From assembly GCA_010015585.1 (NCBI GenBank), contig ML975163.1: a DNA stretch of 64,000 nucleotides. One strand, given 5' to 3'. Under the pieces are notes generated by a model, which was given only the letters and a program-made list of their open reading frames with translations, was not told the DNA's origin and did no database searches. Position 1 is the stretch's first letter. The number at the start of each line of letters is the position of its first letter. Both the position numbers and the translations under genes were made by a program. Below, piece after piece: positions 1-11,603 of this stretch. The stretch comes from Eremomyces bilateralis CBS 781.70 (lineage: Eukaryota).

Positions 1-672
1 TCAAATCAGCTCTAAGCAGCGACAGCACTGAGATTATCGTCATTTCACAAACCGAAAGAGGAAGCGCATCTGACTCGGTGTTCAGCGAAAATAGATAGTA
101 GTTTACTACCACAGATATTGAATCAGACATTTCACAATCGAGAGTACTACGTTTGTCTTTTTGTTAATAATTATCATGGATGTAAGCCAGGTTTGTCAAT
201 GACGAAAACTTGCAGAGCAATCTGAAAAGGCTATGTTGGAATGTGAGCCAATTATGTAGACTAGACCTATACTCGAAAGAAATCCTGATTTGGCTCTTCA
301 AGATGTGGAAACAAACAGGGCAAGTTTCTGCGGTATATGATTCGGGATCGATCAAGCATGAACAGCAGGTGCTCTCTGTGCTCCTGTGTCCTCACTCCAA
401 GCAAAGAAAAGAACAGGAACGGGCACGACGAAACGATCAATCGAGTGACGGCCCTTAACATTGGTAATTATATGCGAAGGCAGAGGGAGGCTCTACAGCG
501 GAGCTATAGTATTTAACAGTGTCATTTTCCGAAATTAGCATAGAGATATAGCAGTTGCTGACACGGTTTGGATGCGCAAGGTCTGCGATTACCAAGTTCC
601 ATTAATCTAAACTGAAGAGAGAGAAGGAAGAAACCTCCCAGCGTCTCTGCGCGCAAGATATAGAAGATACTT

Positions 673-712
673 CCTTTGTTCCTATCTCCTTTGTGCCTAT
701 CTCCTTTGTGCC
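673..712. repeat. Short 15-bp tandem repeat (about 2.5 copies of CCTTTGTGCCTATCT)
   Basis: cctttgttcctatct-cctttgtgcctatct-cctttgtgcc read directly. Confidence 0.7.
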
Positions 713-3435
713 ATCCACTAGCCACATCCCTGTGGCGTCAGCCATACTCAAGGGCTCAGGCCACAGGCCTGGGACCATAACAGTTGCGAAAGTCGAAAAC
801 CCTCCAAAAACGGCGTCAGAAACCTCCGTGTCTGGAGGCAATTTCTGTAGCACACAAAGTTACTCCGTAGGGAACGAAGGGTTCGCGCCCGATGGAGGAA
901 ATCTCGCGCCGCCAACAGGAGTTCCGGTTCGCGAGATGCCCGGGGTTGTCGATAGGAGCGTGCATCTCCGATCCAAGATGGCATATGGGCGCCCGGTAAA
1001 GGATAAGGGGAATTTGAATTGTGAATTGCACGAGGACAGGGATAGTTGCCACTTAAGTATTCGGGGCCGCTGCGGTGGAAGACGCTCTGCACTCGCTATC
1101 CTATCGCCACGGCTCGACCGCTCTTCTACTTGCATGCGCAACCCCGGAATTTACCCCTGAGTTTGCCTCGCCGCTCTTGCCGCCAGTCCACGACTTGCAA
1201 GAGGATGTGCATTCTACACCCAAGGCATGGATATACCATTCTGTCCTGGTTAGCGTGCCATCAGTAATATTGTTTGGGGGGTGCGTCCAAAAATAGCGGA
1301 AGGTGAAGCGGTAACATGGATTGACATTGATGCGGTCTGCTTGATATCTTTCGTTTTCATCTCCCTTTCAGTCCACGACCAGTGACGGCCAGGTATAATA
1401 TGCGACGACGCTCTCATCCCTATGCACACGCCCAAGGTTAGAGGAGAAAATGGTCACTACAAAATTCCATCGTCGCTGGATCCGAGATCGTACACAAGCT
1501 GCTTGACTCAAAGATAAGGGGCTGCCTCTGTCTATAAGAGCGCATGGTTGCGAGAAGTGTAATAATTGGGTTGGAGGAAATCTCAATGGTCGTGCTGGGC
1601 CACTAACCTCGAGTAGCCAGGGGTATCGGTAGTCAGTGGACCGTTATCCCGCGGGTAGATCCAGCTGCTCACGTTTAGATGATCGTAGAAATTCTAGTCC
1701 ACGAGACCACATGCAATGGCAACCGAGCAATTAGATCCACGGGCTTTTAAGTTCGCATGGATGGGTTGGCGTGCAAGAGCTGGAACAGCCACACCGCAAA
1801 GCACACTCGTCAAGATGCCTCACCGTCATCGTCACCGTCGGTGTCACCGATTTCACCTGGTTCGGCCTCACCGGATGCTTTAAGCATTGTCAGTTGGGCT
1901 ACGACTCGAAACTCCTACGTACGAATAGCAAGCTGCAATCGAGCGAGCGTGGCACCTCCCATGCCAATGATCCAAGCCAGAGACAGATTGGGGCATTAAC
2001 GTCCACATCCAGCTTCCTATTTGATCCCAGAACGCCCATGCCGGTGTCTGTATGAAACCGCAGTTGATTTAAATGAGATGAAGGGATCGGACAATCACGA
2101 TCATCATTATGCGATTATAATCATGCGATGCACGGCGTGGTGTGGCCGAACGCCAAGCTTAGCCGGTTCGAGAAGGGGCGTCTCTAGTTATGGTTAATAT
2201 AATGTAACTGCTGACGCGGTCTGAGGCGAAGTCGTCAAGGAAGGCCAGAAAAGTCGGTGGGGCTAGCCCGCCATCCAACCACCTTCGTCGGTTGGAGAAG
2301 ACGCGTTCTCCAATCCGGGCCTGATGCCGGTGTGGTTGCTGACGTGGCATGAGGCGTCGTCGGCGAGGAAGATTAAGAAAACCGTGGTTCAATGGGGATG
2401 CATGTATCCAATAAGGGAGGAGCAGAATAAGAGCAAAAGAAAGGAATGACAGAGGGAATGAGGGTTGCACCGGAGTTCATGACCGGGGCTTATGGCCGAG
2501 GCTCAGGGCTCCTGAGTCGTGAAGGAGCAGCGAACACAGTAAGGGAGCATTGAACGCGCGGAATCTGAGCGTCTCTGGAAAGTGAAAGTGGCAAGGGGAC
2601 ATGCTCTCAGAGATTACAACGTGGAAGAACGGGCCAGATCTGTAGATGAGGAGCCTGATAGAATACGATAGTGGAATCCTCCATTCAACTGAGGGGAAAA
2701 GCAAAATGACAGGGATGAGCGAGACAAGGGGCAGAACTACTCACCATTGGAATGGAAGGGCCTTTAAGAGGGGGGAACAGTCAAGTCGCATGAATCGAAT
2801 GAAGGGGGTAGACGGGGTGGCCGCCGCCAGAAAATGTCTGGTGGATCGTTGACACTCCTCACGCGGGCAGGCATAGGTCACAGGGGCGAAAGTGGGCTGG
2901 TGGGCCGACGGAAACGAAGGGGGGAGACAAGGAAGTCGGACAGGAAATGAATTGGTGAATGGGAAAAGATGGAGGAGAGCGGGTTTGCGAGAGGGGGGGA
3001 TAGAGGTATTTATGTTTGAAAGTTTTGGGAAGGTTGAAAACGGAAAAATGCGCTAACCTCGAACTGACACGCTAGTCTCAAAGAGGCAGTCACAGGTCCT
3101 CAGATTACAACACCAAACATGAAAGTGCGCTGGGGCTGTGACGCAGCCAGCTGCCTCCACTGCCGTCCTCCCGCACCCTCCCTGATACAACTACGCAGAT
3201 CTCACCACAATTATCAGAACACAATATCAGAACACTTGCCAATACCAAACCCGGACATTCGCTTTTTAAGGTTGACGATTGACAATCCAATCTCGCAATG
3301 CTCGGAAAAATCTGATACGCCCAAAACAAAAGCGAACGAACTTTCGTGGCATTAACCGTCCAGTTCAGAACCAACATCTCTCTCCTCACGTACATATATC
3401 TCACATACATATATCCCACGCCGCTCAGTCACGAC

Positions 3436-3929
3436 ATGTTCTGCCTCCGCAGTTGGATCCCCATCCTCTTCTTCCTGTAAGTCCCCTCCATCCTTCCGCG
3501 CGACACCGACCTAACCTTCCCAGCACCAACGCGTCCCCCCTCTACCTTATCCTCTTCATCAGCGCCACCTACGTCCTCAACCGCCCTTGCGTCTACTGCT
3601 CCCTCCTCCTCGCCATCCTCGTCATCTCCCTCTTCGACTTCCATTCCAACTGGTTCGAACCGCGCTACGCCTCCTCCCCGTCGCCGGCCACCTCGTCCGT
3701 CGCCAGCGCTGCCCTGCAGAACCTCGCCCTGGAGACTGCGTCGCTCGTCGCGGAGGCGATGAACGGCACCGCGGGCGCGATGCTCGGCGCCGTGGTGGAC
3801 GGCGTTAAACAGCGAATGCAGCCGCAGGAGGCGATGGGGGGTGGGGCGGGGGAGTTGATACGCGCGGGATCGAGCTGGACGAAGAAGGAGTGGAGAGTGC
3901 CGTGTATTGATGTAGTGGTACGGCTATGA
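3436..3929 (+). CDS. BC10/BLCAP-family small membrane protein (2 exons)
   Basis: ATG 3436, exon 1 MFCLRSWIPILFFL, intron 3477-3523 (GTAAGT...CTAAC...CAG), exon 2 TNASPLYLILFISATYVLNRPCVYCSLLLAILVISLFDF...; the MxCL-W start and RPCxxC motif match the BLCAP/BC10 pattern as I know it. Confidence 0.82.
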
Positions 3930-4896
3930 TGGCTCCATACATCGTCGGCGTCGAATTGCATTCTGATCTTTGGGGAAAGGGTTGTAGATGGTCTTTTTAG
4001 CGCATAGAGCGGGTTGCTCGTTCGATTCATGAGGCGTCAGGCTTTCGATGACTTCTGGGGTGGGCGGGCAGAGAGTGCATGGTCAGAAGAGTACATATCG
4101 AAGCACTGCAAGATACCCATTTGGGACGGCGCCTCTAGTACAGCGTCAGGAGGCTTGATTGCATGTCGTAGGCGTAACGGGTCAGGCGTCTTGGCTATTG
4201 TTGTATATTATTCATGGTCAACGGAGGTATTGCCTCTGCTGCGGCTGGCTCCTAAGCATGAATAGGTAGCATAGGATCTATCTACGACTTTCAACGCCGT
4301 TCATCAGTACTATGCGTATCGCATCTGCACATATCCCCAGGCATCAGCACCTCTAGGAAATCAAAGTGGGAGAGTTATATGGCACTAACCCCATTCGGCA
4401 AGCAGTGGATCGACAGTGGCCAGCGCGTCCAAAGTTTGTCGCCTGTCGAGAGGCGCGTGTCGCCGTGTAGCAAACCGGACGATGGAATTAAATCTATCAA
4501 ACATCAGACTGGATCATCAGCGAGATGACAGGCATGGCCAAACCGCTCGCATCGTCGCCATTGAGATGCCTGTTTGCGTCATCCTCCGTGAGAATTATAG
4601 CCAGACCCAGGCGGAGCTTTGTCGATGCCTGTAACGTGAGATCATCCAGGTCTGGACACTGTGGGAGCGCAGTGAGGGACGGCGGGGTCAGGAAGGCGCA
4701 CACTGCTGCTGCTCTTCCACCTTCCACATTCATCCCCTCCATTCGCGGCTTCTATCGGTCCAACTCTGAAAGACCTTCCATCTGTCAACATAACAGGAAG
4801 ACGTTTGGGTTTTTGCGGGATAGACATCACACTCAATCGCTACCTCCATCGGGTTTCAGATACTGTTCAACCGCTGCGAGGATACATAGAGCAACC

Positions 4897-7800
4897 ATGG
4901 CGCAAGATAGAGACATTCTCCCGGACACGTGAGCTTCCATTGAAATCCTCGAATGAACCGAGCCGACGCTGATTGATGTGCAGTGTCAAGCCGGTCAACT
5001 ATGAGCTGTCGATCTACGACCTGGAGCTCGGCGGGGCCTTCTCCTACGCCGGCACCGTCAAGATCGCCCTCGACATCGTGAAGTCCGCCAAGGAGATCGT
5101 GCTCAACACCCACCAGCTCGAGATCCAGACCGCCGAGCTCTTCACCGACTCGGCGAAGACGGAGTCGTCGACGAAAGCAGACAAGATCGATTACGATGAG
5201 AAGCAGCAGCGGGCGACCCTTTCCTTCGCGGATGCCTTCCCGGCCACGACGAAGGCATCGCTGATCATCAAATTCAAGGGCACTATGAACAATGTGCGTA
5301 TGTTCCGTGCTCGGGATTACCCTATCTAACGTGCCTCAGACTATGGCTGGCTTCTACCGCTCCCGTTACCTTCCGGCCGCGCCCCATGTGCCGTCCGTCC
5401 CCAAGGATGGCGACCATGTCTACATGTTCAGCACGCAGTTCGAATCCAGCGACGCGCGCCGTGCCTTCCCATGCTTCGACGAGCCCAACCTAAAAGCCAC
5501 ATTTGATTTCGACATCGAAATCCCGGATGATCAAGTGGCGTTGAGCAACATGCCGGTGAAGAGCGAGGAGCCAAGCAAATCCGGCCTGAAGGTCGTGACC
5601 TTTGAGAAGACTCCGATCATGAGCACTTACCTCTATGCTTGGGCGTTTGGAGACCTCGAGTTCATCGAAGAGCACACCGCCCGCCTGTACAATGGCAAGA
5701 GTCTGCCGGTCCGAGTGTATACCACCAAGGGTCTGAAGGATCAGGCTCAGTGGGCGTTGGTCAATGCCAGCAAGATCACCGATTACTTCTCGGAGGTGAG
5801 CAGGACCCGAGTGTGCAATTCAGAGAACCTGCTGACGTCGACAAGATTTTCCGGGTTGATTATCCCTTGCCCAAAGTGGATCTTCTAGCGGTCCATGAAT
5901 TCGTGAGTGCCCTGTTCATTGACCTTCGTAACTATGGGGTGGCTGATTGCTCAGTCCTCTATACGTACATCCATAGTCTTATATGAACGGCAGTCACTGA
6001 TTGTGTATCTAGTCACACGGCGCAATGGAGAATTGGGGCCTCATTACCTACCGGTATGACATTTATTTTAATTCCATGGCGTGGCTGCTGACGACAACCC
6101 AGAACAACCGCGGTGCTCTTCGACGAGAAGTCCAGCGACCAGAAATACAAAGTCCGAGTGGCATACGTAGTTGCCCATGAGCTTGCCCACCAGTGGTTTG
6201 GCAACTTGGTGACCATGGACTGGTGGAACGAGCTCTGGCTCAATGAAGGCTTCGCCACCTGGGTCGGCTGGTTAGCAACTGACCATTTCAATCCATGTGA
6301 GTTATCTCTGCCTTCTGGCAGGATCCTTACTGACCGAATCAGCTTGGAATGTCTGGGGACAGTTTGTCGTACGTTCACTGCAGCGAGGTATGCATGTAGC
6401 AGTCGCTCACCGTGTTTAGTCTGAATCCTTGCAAACAGCATTTGCCCTCGATTCGCTCCGAAGCTCTCATCCCATCGAGGTTCCAGTCCGGGACGCGTTG
6501 GAAGTCGACCAAATCTTCGACCACATCAGCTACCTCAAAGGAAGCTCGATCATCCGCATGCTTTCGGCCCATTTGACTCAGGAGAAGTTCATCCTCGGCG
6601 TCTCGAACTACCTGAAAGCTCATCAATTCGGAAACGCAAAGACCAATGATCTGTGGGCTGCTCTGAGCGAGGCATCTGGACAGGATGTTAAGGCGTTCAT
6701 GGACGCATGGATCCTCAAGATCGGCTTCCCGGTTCTGAGCGTTTCTGAAGAGCCGGGTCAGATCGGAGTGAAGCAGTCCCGTTTCTTGCTCTCCGGCGAC
6801 GTTAAGCCTGAGGAGGACGAGTCCATTTGGTGGGTGCCCCTTGGACTAAAGACAGGATCTGGATCGGCCGCTACGACCAACATTCCTCTTACCGGAAGGG
6901 AGCAAACCCTGCGCGACATTGACGAGACTTTCTACAAGCTCAACGCCGACGCAACTGGATTCTACCGAACCAACTACACGCCTGAGCGGTTGATGAAGCT
7001 CGGCCAAGCTCGAGCGCAACTGAGCCTCGAGGACAAGATCAGCCTTATCGCCGACGCCGCAGCGCTTGCTCAAGCCGGCACTGGCACCACCGCCGGATTT
7101 TTGGCGCTGGTTGAGAACTTCAAGGATGAGGACAACTACCTCGTCTGGAGCCGCATTTTGACGTCTCTTGGTAATGTCCGTACGGTATTCGCGGATATCC
7201 CAGATATTTCGGAAGGCCTCCGAAAGTTCACCCTGAAGCTCGTATCGCAAGCGGCGGAGAAGGTCGGCTGGGATTGCTTGCCGAACGACGAGCTGCTCAC
7301 CCTGCAGCTTCGTGCTCTCCTGATCTCATCTGCTGGACGTGCCGGCCATGAAGGGTATGCTCCTCCCGATGAATGAAGACAACCTCTATGAATAAACTAA
7401 CTCATTATCCCTTCAGCATCATCGCCGGAGCCCAGCAACGCTTCAAGGCCCACATCGATGGTATCCAACCCCTGCACCCCAACCTCCGCCTCCCCGTCTT
7501 CCGCGTCGCCATCAAGAACGGCGGCGCGACCGAATACCAGTCCCTCCAGCACGAATACAAGACCACGACCTCCATTGACGGCAAAGAAATCTGCCTCCAA
7601 TCCATGGGCCTCGTGCAGTCCCCTGCGCTCGCCGCCGACTTCCTCGCCTTCCTCTTCAGCGACGCCGTCGCCGTGCAGGACGTGCACTCCGGCTCCGCCT
7701 CCCTCGGCGCGAACCCGGCGACGCGCACCGCGCTCTGGGAGTTCATCAAGGCGAACTGGGAGACGAAGGTGTACCCGCGTCTGAGCGGGAACATGGTGGT

Positions 7801-8008
7801 GCTCGATCGGTTCCTGAAGGTCGGGTTGGACGACTTCGCGAGCGCTGCGGTCGAGGAGGACATCCGCCGGTTCTTCGAGGGGAAGGATAATAAGGGGTAT
7901 GATCGCACGCTGAGTGTGTTGAGCGATACGATCAAGGGGAACGCGACATATCAGGAGCGGGATCAGGCGGTGGTGAAGGAGTGGTTGAGCGCGCATGGGT
8001 ACATGTAA
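4897..8008 (+). CDS. APE2: M1-family zinc aminopeptidase (Ape2/puromycin-sensitive type), 9 exons; possible upstream in-frame start at 4525/4534
   Basis: GAMEN motif, HELAH...NEGFA (HExxH-x18-E), [25 protein letters not shown]; introns 4929-4983, 5294-5339, 5796-5845, 5903-6012, 6054-6102, 6297-6342, 6369-6419, 7355-7416 keep the frame. Confidence 0.95.
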
Positions 8009-8554
8009 GCTGCGGATCATTGCACTCATTGCACACCTATTGCGTGACGCAGGCACAGAAAGGTTGAGTTCCGGTAAATAGAGCTATCCATTATAGCTAT
8101 CGAGAATAAAAGCAGGTGAACCATGATTATAAGCTCCTTGACGCTGAATCGCATCGTGATTCGTTGCTCATAACTTCATAAGCTCCCTGACTGGGCTGAA
8201 ACGTATCGATGTGAAGGTGATCCATACCCTGAACTCCATGACCATGATAAAGGACCTTCTCCATATTCGCCGCAGGACTTGCTCGTGCTGTGCGCGAATC
8301 TCTGAGTGAGACTGCACCTTCCGGTCCAAGCCTCGCATGCGGCATGGCATGCAGCCCTAAGGAGACCTGAGTATCTCCCCATGACGTAAAAACTCCCCAA
8401 CATGAAAAGCAAAAGAAAAATCCACCGCTATAAGATCGGCGTCTTCCACCTCTGTCGACCGAAAATCCCTCGAAGCTTGTGTATCCCTGTCACCTCACCA
8501 CCAGCTCCCTCCGTCCTCCTTCCTCCTTGCTTCTCTCCATGGCACTTCAGTCAC

Positions 8555-11500
8555 TCAGAACACATCCGGCGGCCACTCCCACTCCCCCTCCGAGTTCTTC
8601 TTCCCCGCACTCCCCGGCACTGCCGGAACCGGCGGCGGCGAAAACGACTTCCGCCTCCGCCCCCCGTTCGCGGCTCCGGACGCCTTCGGTGCCTTGCGCA
8701 GCTTCCCCGATGGGAGGGGCGGAGCGTGGCGGGGCGCCGGCTTGGTCGGGCTGTCGCTGCGGTTGCGGACGGAGGAGGGAGGGGGAAGGTTGACAGGGTA
8801 CCATTGCGCGGAGGCGGGCTTTGAGGTCGCGTGCTCGTTAGTATTGGCGGAGGTAGAGCCCGAAGTAGTGTGGGTCGCAGTCTGCGCATCCGTGAACGGG
8901 ATGGAATTGGCGGAGGAGATGGAGGTACGTGCGCTGCCGTTGGGGGTGAGCAGTTGGCCGTTGCTGATGGCTTGGCCTTTGGGGTTCGCGGGCTTTCCAC
9001 TGGAGTCGGTCGCTTCAGCGGGAGGGGGATTGGGTACATCGTCGCTCTTGCTGCCGACTCGACTGTCAGGCTTTGGGATCCGGCTCTTCACCAAGACACT
9101 CTTCGTGGTATCACCAAAGGTGAGCTTCTTCCCTCCCTTCTTCTTCGCCTTAGGACTCTCGTTGCTGACTTTTCCCTTAGGCTTGGTAACGAGACTTCCT
9201 TTGATTCCGTCCTTCGAGTCGATGCTCCCGTTGCTCTTGCGCTTCTTGCGACTAGCACGGCTAGCTCCCTTCCATTCCCTTTCGTCGTCGCTCTCGCCGC
9301 CGTCGCGAGTAGGCTTGTAGGAAATGTCCTTCTCACCGAGCTTGCGCTTGATAGTGCTGCGTCGTCGAGTGCGGGACGCTTTAGAAGTGGCTTCAACGGA
9401 GCTGAGCTTGTCTGCAGGGATCCGCTCTTCGGGTCGGATATCCTCATTGTTGCGCTCAATTGAATCGGCGATGTCATCATGCAAGTCGTCCGGTGGGTTA
9501 AAGACTGGATCAGTGTTCGCACCAGCAGTAGTTTCAGCGGCCGAGTCGAACGCGATGAAGTTGCCATTCCCGTCAACTCCAGACGGTTGAGCAGCGGCTG
9601 GATTCCAAGAAGTCGGATTTGGAAAGACACTGACGCGGTTGGCCCCATGCATAGAGCTATTAGTGAAGGGATCCATGTCGCTATCGTCTCCAGGCTCATC
9701 GATGAGCTGTTGATCGGGGAAGAGTAAGCGTTCGGAAGGAAGTGATGGAAGTGAAGGCTTCATTGCAGCCCCAGGTCGTCGATATAACTTGGAATGAGAT
9801 TCGATCTCACGATAGATCTGACTCGTGGCAGATGCCTCTGAGTCTGAAACGTAGCTTGGAGTATCGTGGAGCTCACTTCGACTACGTGAAGTGAAGAGAG
9901 ATCGATCAGTGGATGCTTGTCGACTGATACGATTATCGATCACGAGGCGCTCACTTCCACCTGTTGCTTGTCCAGCCGCCGGATCTTGATCAGACATGAC
10001 TCCTCGATGTCTGAAAAAGGCACTGTACGACTCGGGCACCCTTGGAACAGGCGGAGCTTCAGCATTCTCCTCTGCCTCTCTCACAAGTGTTTCCGCCAAC
10101 TCCTTCCTCGCGGTCTCCAACTTCGTCTCCAAATCGCTCACCCGCTTCGACAACTTGTTCCTCTTCCCCACCTCTTTCTGACTCTTCGCTGTCATCGGCC
10201 TCTGCAGCTCCACTTCCGACCTTACGCGCTTCAAATTCTGGAACGACGGTGTCTTCAGCAATCCCAGGCCCCATCCAGGTTTCCTGCTCGGCGATGGCCC
10301 CGGCGGCGGAGGTGGTGGGAGTGGCGCGTCCCGCGTCGGCATCGGCGGCACCGAAGGACGCTCATTCAGTACTGCGTTCAAGCTGATCGGGCGCCTCGCG
10401 TCCCTGCCAACCGACTTTCCCCATGCATTCGGGGTTGGCTCCGTCGACATCTGTCGGGTATATCCCTCTGCACGCACCCTCATCTCCTTCGGGATAGTCT
10501 TGCTTCCCAATGTGCTCAGTTGTCCCGAACGCTTTAGGTCCGCGTATGCCTGATGTGCACGTGCCTGGCGATCGTCGAGCTCTCGCTTCCGCGCATCGTT
10601 GGTTTCGGAGGAGGATGAGTCCCTGGGACTAGCAGGTTCCTTACTCCAGGTGGTCGCGACCTTATTCCAGATGCTGACGGGGTTGAAGGACGTCGCGAAC
10701 GACTTGCCGAAGCGATAGACACCAGAAGTCTTGCTGTCGGCGGTGATGCCGGTTGTGATGCTAGGGTTTGGGGTGTGCATGCCTGCACGTGAGGTCATTC
10801 CGCTGTGATGATATGCGGATGCCGAAGGGGTGAGAGAGCTAGTCGACGCGTAGGCGTGATAATCTTCCATCAGCTCGTCTTGTGATGTGCCCACATCTTC
10901 AGCAAGGGTAGTGTTGGGCCTGAAGTAGCGAGTGAAGAAGGTAGGGGGTTTCTCGCTGGCTCTATCGCCCATGCTAGCTTCGAGGAACTTGGACTTGCGG
11001 GTGCTGGATTTTGGGACTGAGCGTCGATTCCGGGAGGGAGCGTTGGCAGTGTTTCCGGGTGAGCGTCCACGGTGAGATCTAGCGTTGTAACTATCGGCAG
11101 AGTAGTTTGTATTGAGGGACGTGTTGGTGCCTTCCTTGCCTTCCCCTTCACGCTCTTTGTCCGCGTTCACAATGGCTTCAGCGCTGCGGGTGAGAGGCCA
11201 ATCACTGGCTCGCATCCGCTTTTGAGACTGGGTATCTTCATCCTCGTCCCCATGAGAAGAGCAAACTCCTTCATCAGGATCCATGTTGCTGTTTGAGTTG
11301 ACATCGCTCTCGCGAGTGCGGGAGTGACTACGCTTTCGATGAATGACAGACTGCTTCTCCATGGCTGCTATGCTCGCTCGATGCATGCGAGTACGCATTA
11401 TTTTGCGTTGATGGATGAGCTGCTGCGTGTCTTGTTGACGCCAATTCTCATATTCCTGGTTGATGGGATCGGCGGAAAGAGAAGGACGGGGTCTACGAGA

Positions 11501-11603
11501 GGTCTACAAGTTGTGAGATAGGCTGAAAAGAGCAATATAAACAGCGATAAAAAAAATTAACACTTACCGTCCTCTCTCGGATGATTGGGGTCGGTGTACC
11601 CAT
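8555..11603 (-). CDS. ~994-aa largely disordered Ser/Pro/Lys-rich protein with a central coiled coil, basic NLS-like patches and C-terminal WEWPPDVF; function unknown
   Basis: 947-codon ORF extends upstream in frame via exon 1 (11603-11568, MGTPTPIIRERT) and intron 11567-11504 (GTAAGT...TAG); coiled coil NKLSKRVSDLETKLETARKEL. Confidence 0.8.

Noticed and set aside
1..1450. Short ORFs at the window start as a gene end or HET-like relic (MPSWIGD)
   Set aside because: No coherent frame or second supporting motif
2040..2110. Box C-like ATGATGA on the minus strand beside palindrome GATTATAATC
   Set aside because: No downstream CTGA box D at a suitable distance
7397..8056. Long antisense ORFs over GC-rich genes (also 8694-9463, 14483-15112, 44871-45620, 59525-60292)
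   Set aside because: Expected shadows of biased codon usage on the coding strand
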